A stretch of DNA of 64,000 nt, from the NCBI RefSeq assembly GCF_037042905.1, contig NC_087252.1, positions 37,882,001 to 37,946,000 of the forward strand. The letters are read 5' to 3'. The position numbers and the translations under genes were made by a program. The DNA is from Lytechinus pictus (Eukaryota). The stretch's first letter is position 1; each line of letters begins with the position of its first letter. The notes under the pieces are model-generated. The model was not told the origin of the DNA. It saw only the letters and a list, made by a program, of their open reading frames with translations, and did no database searches. Below, piece after piece: positions 13,478 through 28,200 of this stretch.

Positions 13478-13692
13478 CAAGGGCGAATTCAGAGTTTTCC
13501 AAGGGGGGGGGGGGGGCGGCGTTACATTTTCCAATGGAAATTTGAAAAAAGGGAAAAAAGTCCTAACTTTCAAAGGGGGGGGGGGGGCTACTCGGGTAAA
13601 AGCGGTATATTTACATCACAAATTTTGATTATGACTCTCAAAGGGGGGGGGGGGGGGCACGGGCCGGCCGTGTCCCCCTGGATCCGCCAGTG
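13478..13692. mobile_element. hAT-type MITE with 8-bp TSD
   Basis: TSD ACTCATGT on both sides; CAAGGGCGAATTC / GGATCCGCCAGTG termini; poly-G tracts. Confidence 0.8.
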
Positions 13693-13843
13693 ACTCATGT
13701 CATAAGTATAAAATATGCTTTTTTTCTGAGTCGTCCTGGTGTTTTTTTCTTGTTGAGATACAACATTTTATCAGCCCACCGACAAATATTTGTAGGCGGT
13801 TGGACTGATTTATGGAAAGGATATAATGATAATGCTCGCATAC

Positions 13844-14020
13844 CTGAACCCTTCTCCAGGTCAGTGAGCTGCTCGTGCTTCGTCTGTTCCCTCGATGCCG
13901 CTCTCGATCTCGACCTCTTTCTGCTCTTGAGTACGAGTATGACGACGATGAGGAGAACTATGAGTACTAACAGGATAGCGACGACGATGACAATGATGAC
14001 CACGAGTGGTGAGCCATCGG
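13844..14020 (-). CDS. Ig receptor gene A, exon 4: transmembrane helix and basic stop-transfer
   Basis: Acceptor ctctacag, donor G|GTATG; 177 nt, phase 1-1. LVVIIVIVVAILLVLIVLLIVVILVL followed by KSRKRSRSR. Confidence 0.92.
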
Positions 14021-15326
14021 CTGTAGAGGTTGAATGAGAATGAACAGTATTTCAAACGGATGTTCACCTGACAATACGATGGCTTTAGGAAAAGCAATAA
14101 ATAAATGAAAAAAAAAAAACAACGGGAAATATTGATGAAAATTCGATGAAACTCCGTGTCAAAGAATACAGAATTTATGAATTTTTGATTATTTTCATTT
14201 TGTGACGTTGCAGATTGGTCGTGTGAATTTTTTTTACAGAAATGTTTACAGAAATGTCCTTTTTCTGTCAGAGGATTGAAAGCGATTCTATTAATTGTGC
14301 GGGGATCGTCAGAAACATTATTACATACTCAATTCTTCAAGTAACAAAAAACAACCTTCGTTTATCATGCTCCATTTAAAAAAGAAATGAAAATAATTGA
14401 ATTCACATTAAACGATATACGGGGAGCTGCTCGCATACGACGCAAAAACACTCAAAACCTGTAAAAATTTATACCGCTTGTATTCTTTCATGGATTTTCA
14501 TCAAATCCCTTTTCCTCGACCTTTTTTTTGCTTTTACTAGAACCAGCTTATTGTCAGGGTGATCTTCCACTTTAACAATGGGATTATAACCCTTAAAACT
14601 ATTGTTATAAGGAGGAAACGTGATCCTAATGGTATGATTGGTTGTGCATGATACGTGACCCGTCATTTATCTGCCATAAAATAGATTTACTAATGACCGG
14701 TGATGAGCGGTCATAAGTAAAGCATAATGACCGGCCACGTTTTGTATTTTGTTTCGTTCTGTTTTAAACGAGGATGGAATATCAAGTAACAAGAATCTAC
14801 ATTACTCTTCTAAAAGATATCATGCACATTATTTTGCTAGGTCATTAGAATATTTACCCGAATTGTTAATGTTGAAACAGTCAAGACACACTCGGCCTGC
14901 TTCGGGCGCGTTAGAACTCTTCAAACGGCACCGCGTGCTTGTAATTCTTACTAACACCCCGGTAAATGTGTGTATTATTTGTATACTATATAGCGCCTGG
15001 AGTACCCTGCAAGAGTGGATAAGGACCTATCAAATATCATTCAATATCCACTCTCCAGCGTACCCAAGACGAAAATTGTAACTTTGATTGAAAAAAAAAA
15101 TTGTAGAAACAATATTCATTATCATGGTTATGTCTATTCTTAGGCTAAATGATATCTATATTGTGTGTGTTTTTTTATTTAACCACCGATCGGAACTGTT
15201 ACACAAATATTGTAAAAGTAGGCTAACCGATTTATCCTCGAATATTTGGTAAAAGCAGTTTGAACATATTATACTAAGGTGAATGGTAGGAATGTCGCCC
15301 TTCGATTATTTTTGTAATGATAATAC

Positions 15327-15674
15327 CTTCTACTCCTTGGACGGCGACTACGCTCCATCTGTCCCCCGAGACGGCTTCTCCGCTAACATTACATGAAAAC
15401 TCCTGTCTCTCAAGGCTAGCTATGACTTCGAATGTCACAGACATGCTCTGTGTTCCATCAGAGTCATTTGTCAACGTTCTGTAACTTAGAATATCACTAT
15501 GAGAATTGTTCGTCCATCTTAGATCCACCAGCGGTCGAAATCCAGACATCTTGCACGTTAGGTTTAGACTCGTCCCAGCCTCTTGTTTGATTACACATGT
15601 GTTGTTCCTACGTTCAACGTTTTCATGGCCATTTGCACATTCTGGAATAAAGGGATATGGCTCCTTTGGAGCGG
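15327..15674 (-). CDS. Ig receptor gene A, exon 3: C1-like Ig constant domain with an extra N-terminal Cys pair
   Basis: Polypyrimidine+acag acceptor, G|GTATT donor; 348 nt, phase 1-1. YPFIPEC..NTC..LNLTCKMSGFRPLVDLRW..NDSDGTQS..FSCNV; core Cys-Cys spacing 54. Confidence 0.92.
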
Positions 15675-15905
15675 CTGTATAGGAGGCAATAAGAAGAAGA
15701 GAGCGTGTGTGAGAATGAGATCAATTAATCTACATTCGAGCGTGCACTCTGGGACATTAATTATTTTAAGTATTAATTACCTGTATCTGTTTATCATCCC
15801 CTTCTTACAATTAATGTGAGATAAGAATACATCATTATAATTCACTACGTTATTAGCCCGTATGATCTATCGTTGTTTTCTCTCAAAAATTGTTATACTG
15901 TCTCT

Positions 15906-16302
15906 CACTAGCGTACCTACGGGGGGGGGGGGGGGCAGACTGCCCCCCTGACGAGTCACAACCCATGCAAGGGACATATAACTGCCCCCCCTGACGAGTC
16001 TTGAAGACTTTTTTTTATTTTTATTATTATTTTTTTTTGCTTGTCAAATTTTTTTATGGTACGAAATCCTTTATTATTTTGTGGTTGAAGACTTTTTTTT
16101 TTTTATTGCTTGTCAAATTTTTTTCTGGTACGAAATCCTTTATTTGTGGTTGAAGGCCTTTTTTTTTTTTTTTTTGCTTGTCAATTTTTTTGGCGGACGA
16201 GATCCTTTATTTGTGGTTGAAGACCTTTTTTTTTTTTTTGCTTGTCAATTTTTTTGGCGGACGAATTTGCCCCCCCTGTGGAAAATCCTAGGTACGCCAC
16301 TG
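15906..16302. mobile_element. hAT-type MITE with 8-bp TSD
   Basis: TSD CTGTCTCT on both sides; TIR CACTAGCGTACC / GGTACGCCACTG; internal poly-G and tandem repeats. Confidence 0.85.
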
Positions 16303-16395
16303 CTGTCTCTATAACAATAAAATTACAGGCTATTTCATTCTCTAATCATCAATATTCATCTGAAAAGGTACATGACTTGTTGCTAATATACTTAC

Positions 16396-16776
16396 AAAGA
16401 ACACGAATAGTACTGGCATTTTGATGACCCTTGGGGGCGCCAAATAAAATCACTTTACAGACGTACGATAGCCCCTCGTCCTCTATCGTCGGGGGCCTGT
16501 GTAGAACCAACGACCTGTTCACTGAAAGACTAAAGTTCCCGCTCTCGATTCCCGATCCCGATACCGCATCCTTGAAGACTTTCACGATGGTTTTTAGTGA
16601 GGGAGCCTCCCCTTCCTCCTTCTGCTCCATGCGGCTCCAGGAGAAGGCGTATATCCGCTCTCCGTCCTGGAGCCGTACATCGCACGGGATGGATTGGTCT
16701 TTCTGGTGGAGCCATAGCGATACTGTACCCTGGGTGATGACCTCCAGTGCTGATATTCGCTCGCACATCAGGGAAG
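16396..16776 (-). CDS. Ig receptor gene A, exon 2: V-set Ig domain
   Basis: Acceptor ..ccccacag, donor T|GTAAG; 381 nt, phase 1-1. IPC..FSW..SLVL..EDEGLSYVC with 75-residue Cys-Cys spacing. Confidence 0.92.
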
Positions 16777-17686
16777 CTGTGGGGGTAGACCAGAAAGATT
16801 ATTTATGATACGTTTAAGACATACAGAGTACGCATCTAAGTGTTAACAGATTTAGTATTACCCCGGTCATCAGATTCCATCAGTCTTTCCCCACACACAT
16901 CCTCCACTCCCAGGGAGTATTCCAACCAGTCGCCTCCGAGGTGCACACGAAACTAGACAAGCTATACAGCGATTTTCACATTCTAACGGGTACCCATTTA
17001 ACACCTGGGTAGAGAGTGGCATGGTGTGGATTGATGCCTTGCCAAAGGACGCGAGGCTGCGATGGGATTCGAACACACGACCCTCTGATTACAAGGCGAT
17101 ATTTAGAACCACTATAGGTCCGCGGCTCTAAAAGGTGAAATAGCTGGCAGCTTCAGATTTGTTGCTATTTTGGCCAGGAGTTGTAAAGGTTGATCCGCCA
17201 GCCGCTGATCTCCGAATACCGGGGGGGGGGGGGGGGGGGGGGTGAATAATTAAGAAGAAGCTGTTTAAAATTGATGACAGAGATGGTGAACAATATTTAT
17301 TGACCGTCATCATTATAGGCATGAAAATCAGGTGAGGAGGAGAAATATATTTTTTTTCTGAATATTATGTAAACATCTATCACAAGATTGAATCGTAATA
17401 AAAACGTAAAAATCTTTGCTCGCTATAAAGTAGATATTTTAATGAAAGAAGGGTAGCAGCTATACCAAAAGCCCCCGCAACATGTCAAGTCCAGATCCTG
17501 GCAAGTTAGCAATTAAGTTGGAGTCTTTAGCAAGCGAAACTAAAATCATTTAAAGATTACAATGTATGCTATAGTACTCGTTTCACGCGTTGTATTATAA
17601 GGCCTATCATAATTGACCATAATAATGATGAAAATAAATGGTTATTGCAAAGTGCTACACTGTAAAAAAATGTTGGGTAAAATCTT

Positions 17687-18102
17687 GGTTACACTTCGTA
17701 ATTCCGAAGGTTCGTAATTCCGAAACACGTAAATTGCCTATACCTCGATGTTCGTTAATCCGAAAACGCAAAAGGGTTCGTTAATCCGAACGTTTGTGGT
17801 GTTATTCCGCAGGTTCGTTATTCCGAAGGTTCGATAGTCCGAAAACGAAATAAGGTTCGATGTTCCGAAGGTTCGTTAATCCGAAAACGAAATAAGGTTC
17901 GTTGTTCCGAAGGTTCGTTAATCTGAAAACGAAATAAGGTTCGTTAATCATTTCGTTTTCGGACTAACGAACCTTCGGGATTACGACCCTTATTTCGTTT
18001 TCGGGCTAACGAACCTTCGGAAATACAAACCTTCGGAATAACGAACCTTCGGAATATCCGAACCTTCGGAATAAAGAACCTTCAGAATTACGAATGTATG
18101 CG
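17687..18102. mobile_element. Foldback-type element made of inverted 16-bp repeats, nested in CAC-MITE 17658-18335
   Basis: 8-bp TSD AAAATCTT on both sides; TTCCGAAGGTTCG repeats on the left, CGAACCTTCGGAA on the right. Confidence 0.8.
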
Positions 18103-18496
18103 AAAATCTTTACCACCACGAGGGTAATTATGTGTCCAATCAATTCGGTTAGTATTTTACCCAATGCGGGAAGCATATTGTCTAGTAAGGTTAAACATAA
18201 AACAGCAATTACTTTAGAATGGGCAAAACTTTCATCACACTGGATAAATAAAAAATCTCAAAGGAAATGCCCAAAGTTGGTTGGACAAATAATTACCCTC
18301 ATGGAGCACTTTTACCCAATATTTTTTTTGGAGTGTAGATACAAAATGACGTCACCAGCTCTGTTCAGAGACGCATATTCCGACATAATTAAAAAAAGGG
18401 GTTAGAGAGTGTTAGGTTCTTGTGCCAATTACCTCATTAGGCACCCCCATATACACCCCAACACACACACACACCCTCACACACCTTCATCCCAGC

Positions 18497-18735
18497 CATG
18501 GCGTAATTTCCTTCGGCAAGAAATTTATCCACATTGTGCTGCACTTGACCCAGGTGCGGTGAATGGGTACCCGGTATGATTTATTCCTTGAACGCTTTAG
18601 CGCCTATTAATATGGCGGCTCAGCTACAGCCGGGGTAATAATATGATACCAAGTATCAGAGCGGAGTTAAATCATTATATGCACATAGTTACTGCGCTAT
18701 TATAAATGGACATATTATTATTATTTTTTTTATTA
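18497..18735 (+). mobile_element. tRNA-derived SINE (partial)
   Basis: Core GCTGCAC..ACCCAGGTG..GAATGGGTACC and (ATT)n tail, shared with 42165-42350 (+), 40050-40285 (-), 43262-43530 (-) and 16857-17100 (-). Minus-strand copies show a B-box (GTTCGAAT/GTTCAAAT). Confidence 0.7.
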
Positions 18736-21199
18736 CACGCAAACAAAGAGGAACCACCCTTACACCGAGTGCCTCCTTTCGTAACAACAACTAAAAAAAA
18801 AACAGTTTCGCTTATTTTGCCCTGTTCTAATCCCCTTCCATTTTTCTTTCCTTCTCATTTTATTCACAAAAATCAAGAGGGAAAAATCATTTCCAAATCG
18901 AATCTCTCGGACCTCCCCAAGAATGTGCTCGTTCGTCTTTGTCTGACGAGCTACAAAGAAGGGTCACGGGGTCACCTATCTATTGAGCTCAGCTTTTTTT
19001 TTCTTTTGGCTCAATTTTCTTTTTGTGTCCACAGATTCTCGACTACCCTTTTATCAGCATAAGTTGAAATTGTGTAGATATATCAAATAACCCCCAATAT
19101 GCCGTTTGTTCGAGCCACTTATACAATTTGAATTGGGATTGGAAAAGGAGGAAGAGGGTTGGTGGAACAAAGAACATTCCACTCCTAAGTTGATTGATGT
19201 ATTTCTGAGCCAGAGACAAAGAACACGCAGTGGATTTATGGAAACAAGCCGGTATATATATATACTCTCGAGTAAAATGGCTTGTTATGAATTATGAATA
19301 TAGTTTATACCACGCGGGTGACAATATATAGAAGTCGATATTTTTATGTATAGACAATTAGACATGAGGCGAGTTTTCGTCAGGGGGCGGGGGGGGGGGA
19401 TAATTACAATATATTTTGGGGCTTAGGATACTAATTGTTTTGGAATTCAGGTTCATGGTCGTAGTTAACGGACCTCTGATCATTTTGGAATAAGATTAAT
19501 TCATTCGACTATTAGTAGAGTCCTAAATTTTATTGTCTTTATTACCTGTGTTTTGTGTGTCTGCCAATGGGAGGTCCCAGGGGTATCCTTGGCAGGGTAT
19601 GGGGAGGGGGGGGGGGGGGGGGACAAAAATGTCATATTTTCTCAACTGGATAATAGAAGTGTTATGAGGTAGACCCCTCTTTTCCTTCATATGTTCATTC
19701 TCTCCCCCCTCCTCTCCCTCATTTTAATGTTTTCTTTTCTTCTTCAGCCCCCCCTCGTTTATGTTTCTTAATTGAAAATCAGAAGGTGAGACTGTCCCTT
19801 GTCCCCTGGTGGCGCAGCCCGCATGTGCCCCCCTTCCCCTCAATCTCCCCTCCCTTTACATCTCTTCCACATTCCGTCACCAGTTCATTCATGTGGGGGG
19901 GGGGGGTAAAGATTGTACAGTAATTATCTGATATCAAATCATATTGCATACTGCTACTTTAACGTTTTGGTAAAAGAAATAGGGGGAGAGTAATTCTGCC
20001 CATTAAAATCACTGAAACTTAAATATAAGTGAATAAATCAAATCGGCAATTTATGGTGAGGAAATAGTCTTTCGCATAATAAAGGTGCAGGCCTACAATA
20101 TTTGGACAACTCTCTGTCTCCATGTGCTAGCTCTCTTTACAAAGAGGTACCGTATGTTTTTTTATAGTATGATTTTGACTTAGTCTAAATTGTGCTTTCC
20201 TGCTTTCGCTCGCACAAGGCAAATTTTGTCTGTTGAGCACAAAAGTCTGTCTTTACCATGTTGACGCTGTTACGGTCCCCTTTTCATGAACATGCAGGAC
20301 AATACAATAACCTCTTTCACATCATCTAATTACATGATCCTTCCCCCAGCCAGCCTTCTGTAATCCAGGCACGGGAGACACGGTATCGTGAACGAAATCA
20401 CGCATCATGTCTACGTCACACTACGTCACAATGCAGTTATCTCGAGAGGTCATGTTCGTGATTAATCGTATTGGTGATTATCGTAAGTGAAGACTCGTGA
20501 TTCAATTTCCTCTGGATTCGAAAAGTGACGAACATAACATTTTATCAGAGAGAATACCCTGGGCCCGTAACACAAAGGTTAGCAATTGATCGTAAGCTTG
20601 ACTTTCACGATTGATTGTACATTGTAGCCAATGGAATCAATCGTAGAAAAATGTTCTACGATCATTGCTAGGTTTTGTGTTACGGGCCCCTGGTCTTACA
20701 AGTTCGAAGCTATCTTGCGACTGTCTTGTGAGAAATTCCCAATCATTTTGATTGTTATGAAATTACATAAATCAAAGCTCATTAAGACTCCGTTGAGATT
20801 ATTTGATATAGATTTTTTTTCTGCTGTTACCTATAGGCCTACATGTTCTTAGAACTGAATCAATATTTTCTAAACCATTTCATTTGTTAATGTTAATGAA
20901 AGCAACAACAGTTAGGTGAAACAAGGAATATCGCCCATAAATCATTTTTTCCTTTCTTTGAAATCATTTCCTGATAATTTCTTTTAATTAGGCCGATTCG
21001 AACGGAAACTTGTTTTCGGTGTTTTTTTACTACAGGATGTTAGTTATACAAAACACACAGAAAGAACCGACCATACATTCATTAAAATTGGTGGGAAGCC
21101 ATTTTTATGCAAATGGAATGAATATAAAGCTCTGAAACCATACAGTAACCTCGAGGGTGACACGACATTTTGCTCCTGCGACAATTGATCTGGGCTTAA

Positions 21200-21778
21200 A
21201 GAACAAGTCCACCCCAACAGAAAGTTGATCTGAATAAAAAGATTCAAATCCAACAAGCATAGCACTAAAAATTTCATCAAAATCGGATGTAGAATAAGAA
21301 AGTTAAGACATTTTTAAAGTTTCGCTTTATGTCACAAAATAGTTATATGCACATCCCGTTCGGTATGCAAATGAGGGAACTGATGACATCACTCACTATT
21401 TCTTTTGTATTTTATTATATGAAATATTCTAATTTTCTCCTCATTGTCCCGTGAAACAAAGTTTTATTTCTCCCCGCACATGTGGCATTACCATCGTTTA
21501 ACATGTTATGGTTCAGTCAAGTTGGTCCTTATTGTCAAATCTATAAATATAAATATTGTATAATTCAAACAATAAAAAACAAAAGAAATAGTGAGTGAGG
21601 GACATCATCGATACTTAATGTGACTAAATTGTGCATATACCTGATTTGTGAAAAATAAGCGAAAAAAAAGTCAGAACTTTCTTATTTTACATCCGATTTT
21701 GATCACAATTCAGCATTTCGCTTGTATGATTTTTATCTATTGATTCAAATCAACATTTTTCTGAGGTGGACTTGACCT
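21200..21778. mobile_element. Kolobok-like MITE family 1 copy, nested in another element (21155-21888)
   Basis: TTAA|AGAACAAGTCCACCCC ... GGTGGACTTGACCT. The flanks rejoin into an element homologous (inverted) to 30903-31092. Confidence 0.8.
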
Positions 21779-21944
21779 CTAATTTCGTCTAAGATGTAGG
21801 CTTAGGATTATGTTTAGGATAGGGTATAGTGTTAAACCCAGGTTTGGATTTTCGGAGCAATTGTCGCCGGAGCAAATATCATGGAACCGTTATCGAGATA
21901 TAAGAAACAAAAGGCATAAGTAATTTATGATCGAAATCGCTTCA

Positions 21945-22058
21945 TAATAATAATAATAATAATAACAACAATAATAATAATAATAATGATAATGATGATG
22001 ATAATAATAATAATAATGATAATAATATCAATAATAAAAATAATACGAATAATAATGA
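21945..22058. repeat. (AAT)n microsatellite
   Basis: Direct reading. Confidence 0.9.
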
Positions 22059-24795
22059 TGCATGTGGGTTAAAAAAAAGTTAGTATAATAGTTATGACAC
22101 AATAGCACTTGATACGCTCAATCAATACACGATATAGTGTCATAGTAGAAGAAAACGCAATGCTGGGTTTATCTTTTTTTTTTACAGATAAAGACGTTTT
22201 TATAATGTGTCTGGAAAAGGAGACTAGGATGACTAACTCAAACAGCTGATCGAGGGGAAAGCCCTATTCACCGAAGCCAGCCGACCGCAGCTGGCTGTCT
22301 TCTGCGCATGCGTGAAGCGACAAAGTGCTTTGTAAGTCAGCGTTCATTGTTATGCAGTATTTATCACTCGTCTATCACGTTCAAAAACTCTTGTTACCAG
22401 GGGCTCTCCGCTTCAGCGAACGGGAGTTGTTAAGGGTAGAATCGAGGTTTCACCCCGCAACACCGAAACGAAGCTACCGCACTATAACACCTGCAAAACA
22501 CACCAGAGGATTTAAATCGAGTTTTGCTCTCCCATTTAAACACTTCAAATTACTTTTCACTTATTATCATCATTATCATTATTTAATCTTATTATTAGAA
22601 TTTATAACTATTCATTTTGTTGAATTATGTATCTCTCTCGTAGGTTTTTCCACATTTGTTATATCTTACATGTTTGTATACCTTGTATCTTTGTGCCTAC
22701 ACAGAAGGTATCCTTTAGGTTATTTATTGTAAATATGCTGGCATCAAACTAACAATTTTGCTTAGAAAATAAAATAAAAATAATTATGGATAATTACAGG
22801 CGCTAGAAACAAGAAGAAAAAGAGTACGTATATCATTATGTAATATAAATTTGGCCCTAAACAGTTTAATCAATAATGGGATTACATAGATTTCATTCGG
22901 GGGGATAACCATGGTAACAAAATGTCAAATTTACTTTTGAATTTCATATTCATATTGGTGCTCATTTTTTTCCCTTCGAACTAGGCACTCCTGTTAGTCT
23001 TATTCTATATTATTTTGTATGAAATAATATCATTAAAAGGGAATAGGGCCTACCTAAAGTAGAGCCATGTGAGATATCTTTCATGATATCTTCAACTTAC
23101 AACAGTCACCAGTCTCATTCATGAAATTGAACACGATATCAATTATAATGAAATACATATTATTATGTGCGCCACATCCGAGTGATATACATTATAGGCC
23201 TGTAACGCTTTTTTGTAATATATTAGACAGCGACATGATAAAAGAGAATCGTAAAACTAACATTCCGTGTCAACAAAAATTGACACGTATGAATTTGACC
23301 ATAAATAAGTAAATATAGAGCCAAATTCATATGTAAGATAATGGATGGGCCATGAAATAACACTGAATAAATATAATACTGAAGCAAATTCATAGGGTGT
23401 ATACCAATTGACTAATTCACTTGCCAATCTATACAACGGTTAAAATAGGAACAATTAGAATATACGAGAATAGGAGGGTCGTATCTCGAATTAGAAAGAG
23501 ATTAAAGCAAGCGAAAATTGCTCGAAGTAAATGACAATATACTCCATACAAAACAAAGTTGTCACATATATTCGCTATATAATTATGGCAGTTCCATGAA
23601 ATGATCAACCCTTTTTGAACGTCCCACCCCGGGCCCATTTTGATCTAGTCCTCCGTCACTTCATAAACTGACCAAGTCATGGTCCTTTGAGAACATTACA
23701 GATCATCACAAATCCTCACATGTACCTGTTTAAATTGTAATTGTTGCTTTTACCCATGTATGACTTGTGAACATTTTACTGTAAACATGCTAATTTCAGC
23801 CTTTTGGCTGTGCTGTTTTATACGAAATAAACCATGATTGAATAGAACAAGAAATCAGAGACAGAACATTTCATAAAGGTCCCACACAGTGGACATATAT
23901 TATGAAATTGCCCTATATCATGTTTATTGGATTTTCATCCTAAATTCAGTGAATAAAACACAACATCCAGGCCCCATCCAGGCTGATCCACCCCCTCCCC
24001 CCAACAAGAACCGAGCTTTCGCCCCCGATCGTTCATAATCCCTTACTCTTTGGGATTGTTATTATGGGCGTCTTATACTATCTACGATCAATAATAATGT
24101 ATCAGTAAGGGGGTTGGGAAGGCACATCCGACCTGCCCCCCCTCCCCTCTCTTCAAGCCCATGAGAAAAATATTTGTTGTGCAAAATGTCGGGCACATGC
24201 AAGTGAAGACCTTTTTTTCTTCTCTCTATTGCTCATCAAATATCTCGTGACATAAATCACCGTCAAGACCCCCTTTTTTACTAGTGAAATTTTCCTAACA
24301 AAAAATACCACCGTAAAATCCTGGATCCGCCTCTGATGTGTTATTACCTGTATACTTTTTGCTCAACTGTCTTTACATATCCGCCTTCTTTGGGGGTAAC
24401 CCTTATAACACCAGAAATTACGAATTTTCATAATCTATGTCCCTCCTCTATATAAAGTTCCTTTTTAATACATGTTCAATGTAAAAAAAATGGTTTTCAC
24501 TGTGATCTCTCTTACGGCTTCAAGTTATGCAGAATGTAAACTAATTATCAATTACTTTCGAGATAGATGAAATTACCTCGTTTCATAATTCCTATTGTCT
24601 ACCTCTTTTCACAGGCTATATCTTCAGGGGGTTGGCCCTGATAAATTGGCAAAGCAGAAGTCGACCTTTCAACCAAGTTGGTTTCTTGTGCTCTTTCATT
24701 GAAACATTATTCCGGAAAATGGAAAAAAAAACTCTACAATTTTGCCAGAAAAGCGGTTTAGCAGTTTCAAATTATGGCTGTGAAAAAGTGATTAA

Positions 24796-25395
24796 AGGTC
24801 AAGTCCACCCCAGAATAAAGTTTATTTGAATAAGTAGAGAAAAATCAAACAAGAATAACGCTGAAAACTTCATCAAAATCGGATGTAAAATAAGAAAGTT
24901 ATGACATTTTAAAGTTTCGCTTAATTTCACAAAACAGTTATATGCACATCCTGGCTGGTATGCAAATGAGGAGACTATGACGTCATCCACTCACTATTTT
25001 TTTTTGTATTTTATTATATGAAATATGAAATATTCTAATTTTATCTTCATTGTCAAGTGATACAACGATTAATTCCTCCCTGCAAATGTGGAATTAGCAT
25101 TGTTTAATACTACATGGTTCAGTCAAGTTGGTCCTTATTGTCAAATCTATAAAAAATGTCATATTGTATAATTCAAACAATAAAAACAAAAGAAATAGTG
25201 AGTGATGGACATCATCGACTGACTCACCTAGTTGTTCATATCACTGTTCTGTGAAAAATAAGCGAAACTTTAAAATGTCATAACTTTCTCATTTTACACC
25301 CGATTTTGATGAAATTTTCAGCACTACGCTAGTTTGATTTTTCTCTATATATTTTTTCAAGTCAGCTGATCATTTTCCTGGGGTGGACTTGACCT
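24796..25395. mobile_element. Kolobok-like MITE family 1 copy
   Basis: Perfect TTAA|AGGTCAAGTCCACCCCAG ... CTGGGGTGGACTTGACCT|TTAA. Confidence 0.9.
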
Positions 25396-27827
25396 TTAAA
25401 AGTGGTACGTCGGCAAATAATTGTGTGGTATCCAGGTGGATCATGCATGATAGACATTTTGTTTTCAAGCATGGGCGGAAATCTGTCCCCAAAGGTAGGG
25501 GGGGGGGGCCAGGGGCTGGAAACTTTGACAAAAAAAGTAAAAAGTTTTCACCCAAAATGTAAGGTCATTTAGTGCAAAATACATGTATTATTTCGATTGT
25601 GAATGATGTATTTTTCTCCATCATAAAAGACCAAAAATAGTAGGGGGACATTTGATATTGTGTCCCCCTGCTTTTTTTGGTAGGGTGGACGCGTCCCCTG
25701 TCCCCCTTTATCCCACAGGAACAGGGAGGTAAACTTCTCTAGTAAAAAATATATATAATAAGGGTTTTTCATTTCGAGCTGAAATGTTTATAGCACGGTT
25801 TTCGTGGGTATATGTATTATATTGACAATAGGCCTACAGTGTACAATTTATTAGCACAGTAACAATGGCAGTGAAGCAATTTATCATGGTTCAGGCAGCT
25901 CCATGCGGTTGCCATTCGATGGCCAAAATATGGACCAAGTTATGTAGAAGAAGAAACGTTTTACGCTTGTCATATAAACGTGTGCTATCAATTCTCATTC
26001 GCCAATGACCTAGCTTAAACTATTAATACTCAACGACTTTTCATTTTAATGTAGACATTTTATAAAAAGATTTACACAGCATCAAAGGGAAATGCATGTT
26101 TATTTGGCTAAATAATGTCTAATACTGTGTAAATTTAAGGAAATGTTTTCCTAGCTATGGCAGTATATGAAACGTGCTTTCTATAATTTTCTATAATTAT
26201 GCTCCCTGTTCCAGAATATGAAGTAGATTATTCAACGTCAGTCATACCGCACATTTCTCTCTCCCATGCATATTGAATCTGAATGAATGAAAAGGAAAGA
26301 AAACATAACCAACCCTGACACCTAGTCATTTTCATCTTGAAAGTGCGATTGTCCCTTTAATATCAGCATCAGCTGTGCGCTGTCTCAGTTTCTCTCCATC
26401 ATGCACACAGCACTCATTAGAGCGGCACCTTCATTGGTCAGACATGACATAAGTGCGGTCATTGTTACTATGCTAATAAACTGCACGCTGCATTGCTAAT
26501 ACACGGAACCGCGAAAAAGCATGCAATATAACAAACTAGCCACCTCAAATAGTTTGGATTTCAACCAACTTTAGATATTATGTCCTTGATGCATGGTTTT
26601 ATAGCTTTCAGTGTTAGTTCTTTTCGATCAAAACAATTATTGTCAAGATGCCATTCTTCTAATTTCTATACCTATTTAATTATAATCATGACAATAAATA
26701 TTGCACATGAGCAGATAATACCGCTGAATAAAAAACAAAGGTTACCTGCATCCATTTTCAGTAGATATGTCCATTATTGACAGTAAGTTGCAGGAGTATA
26801 ATATTAAACAATGCAAAGGAAATAATGGGTAATATAAATTCACACATCGCTTTATACAACAGTCATGTAGGACAACTTTTAGGCCATAAATGACAAGAGA
26901 TCAATACATAATCCAGGGAAGTGTTATAGATCCAAGAACTTTGCAGAGTTACTCGTATTATTGTTTTCCTGTTGTCTCCTTTATCTTCAAATTCTACTGA
27001 AAGTTGATGGAAATGAATTGGAAAATTACTGTAAAACAAAATTTAAGTATGAAATTCAGGTCTATAACTCATAATTATCATTTCTGGTACTTGTAATTTG
27101 GTTTGCCCCCTTCACTTGTGCGCCTTGAGCATCTCGAGATGGATATGGCGCCTCGGAAATTGCATATAGTTATCAATTCATTATTACAAACCCGAGCACT
27201 TACATGTATTCGGTTACGTATTCGAACCAATTCTGTATTCAATTTCTGTAGTTAACATGTATATTCAAGTGAAAATACGTTACGCAGCCTGGCAGCTCGT
27301 CAAGGTACACAAGAGCTACGAATAAGCATTGGGAATAGAATAACAAAAATATACCCATAAACTATGAAATACACAGGCCATTATTACAACGCAATGACGC
27401 TACTAATTGAACCATTTGTAGAATTTGTCTTTATTTCAATGGGGGAATATACTTCCCTATCATATTGTTAATGGTTTCTGTATGACTGTATTCTGGTAAA
27501 TGTATTGTGATAGGCATAATGATGAATTACCGATCTTGTGTGTCGTAATTATAATTGCTTTCTGTCAGAGGGGTCCGAGACGAAAATGATATGCACAGTT
27601 TGCAGAACAATGCAACCGTGTTCTGTTCTTCGTGCGTGGAATTTTCAATCGTCTGCTGTTGTCGGGTGTTTGGGCCATCCGCTACAGCAGACTGACTGTG
27701 TTTTGACTAGCCTTGTTTCAAGCCCTCATTTCACGAGTCTCGAAGGCAAGCCTAGTTTTGTTGCGTTTCTCTTTGTTTAAAATTGAAGTGGAATCGATTT
27801 CTTGTTTATAGAAGTATTATAGAAAAG

Positions 27828-28200
27828 ATCATGACCATGACCATCATCATCATCATCATCATCATCATCATAATCAGCATAAATAATTACCATCCTCATC
27901 ACCATCACCGGGCATCATCATAACTTCATCTTCATCACCATAAATTCATCATTACCACGCATGGCATCATCACCACCTTCATGTCCATCATCATCATCAT
28001 CATTATCATCATCAATTCATCATCACCATAAATTCATCATTACCATGGCATCATCATGTCCATCATCATCATCATCATCCATTCCATCCTCCTCATCTTA
28101 AATTCATCATCACCATAAATTCATCATTACCATCATCATCATCATCATCATCTTTATCTCCAATTTCTCACCATCAAAACCACCCACCACCACCATCATC
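27828..28200. repeat. Degenerate (CAT)n microsatellite
   Basis: Direct reading. Confidence 0.9.

Noticed and set aside
16420-16450. FGAPKG as a J-segment FGxG motif in the V exon
   Set aside because: It is not FGxG. The V domain is complete in a single exon and I found no adjacent heptamer/nonamer.
17687-18102. Repeat array as CRISPR
   Set aside because: Eukaryotic context, repeats invert mid-array, no unique spacers, and a TSD is present.
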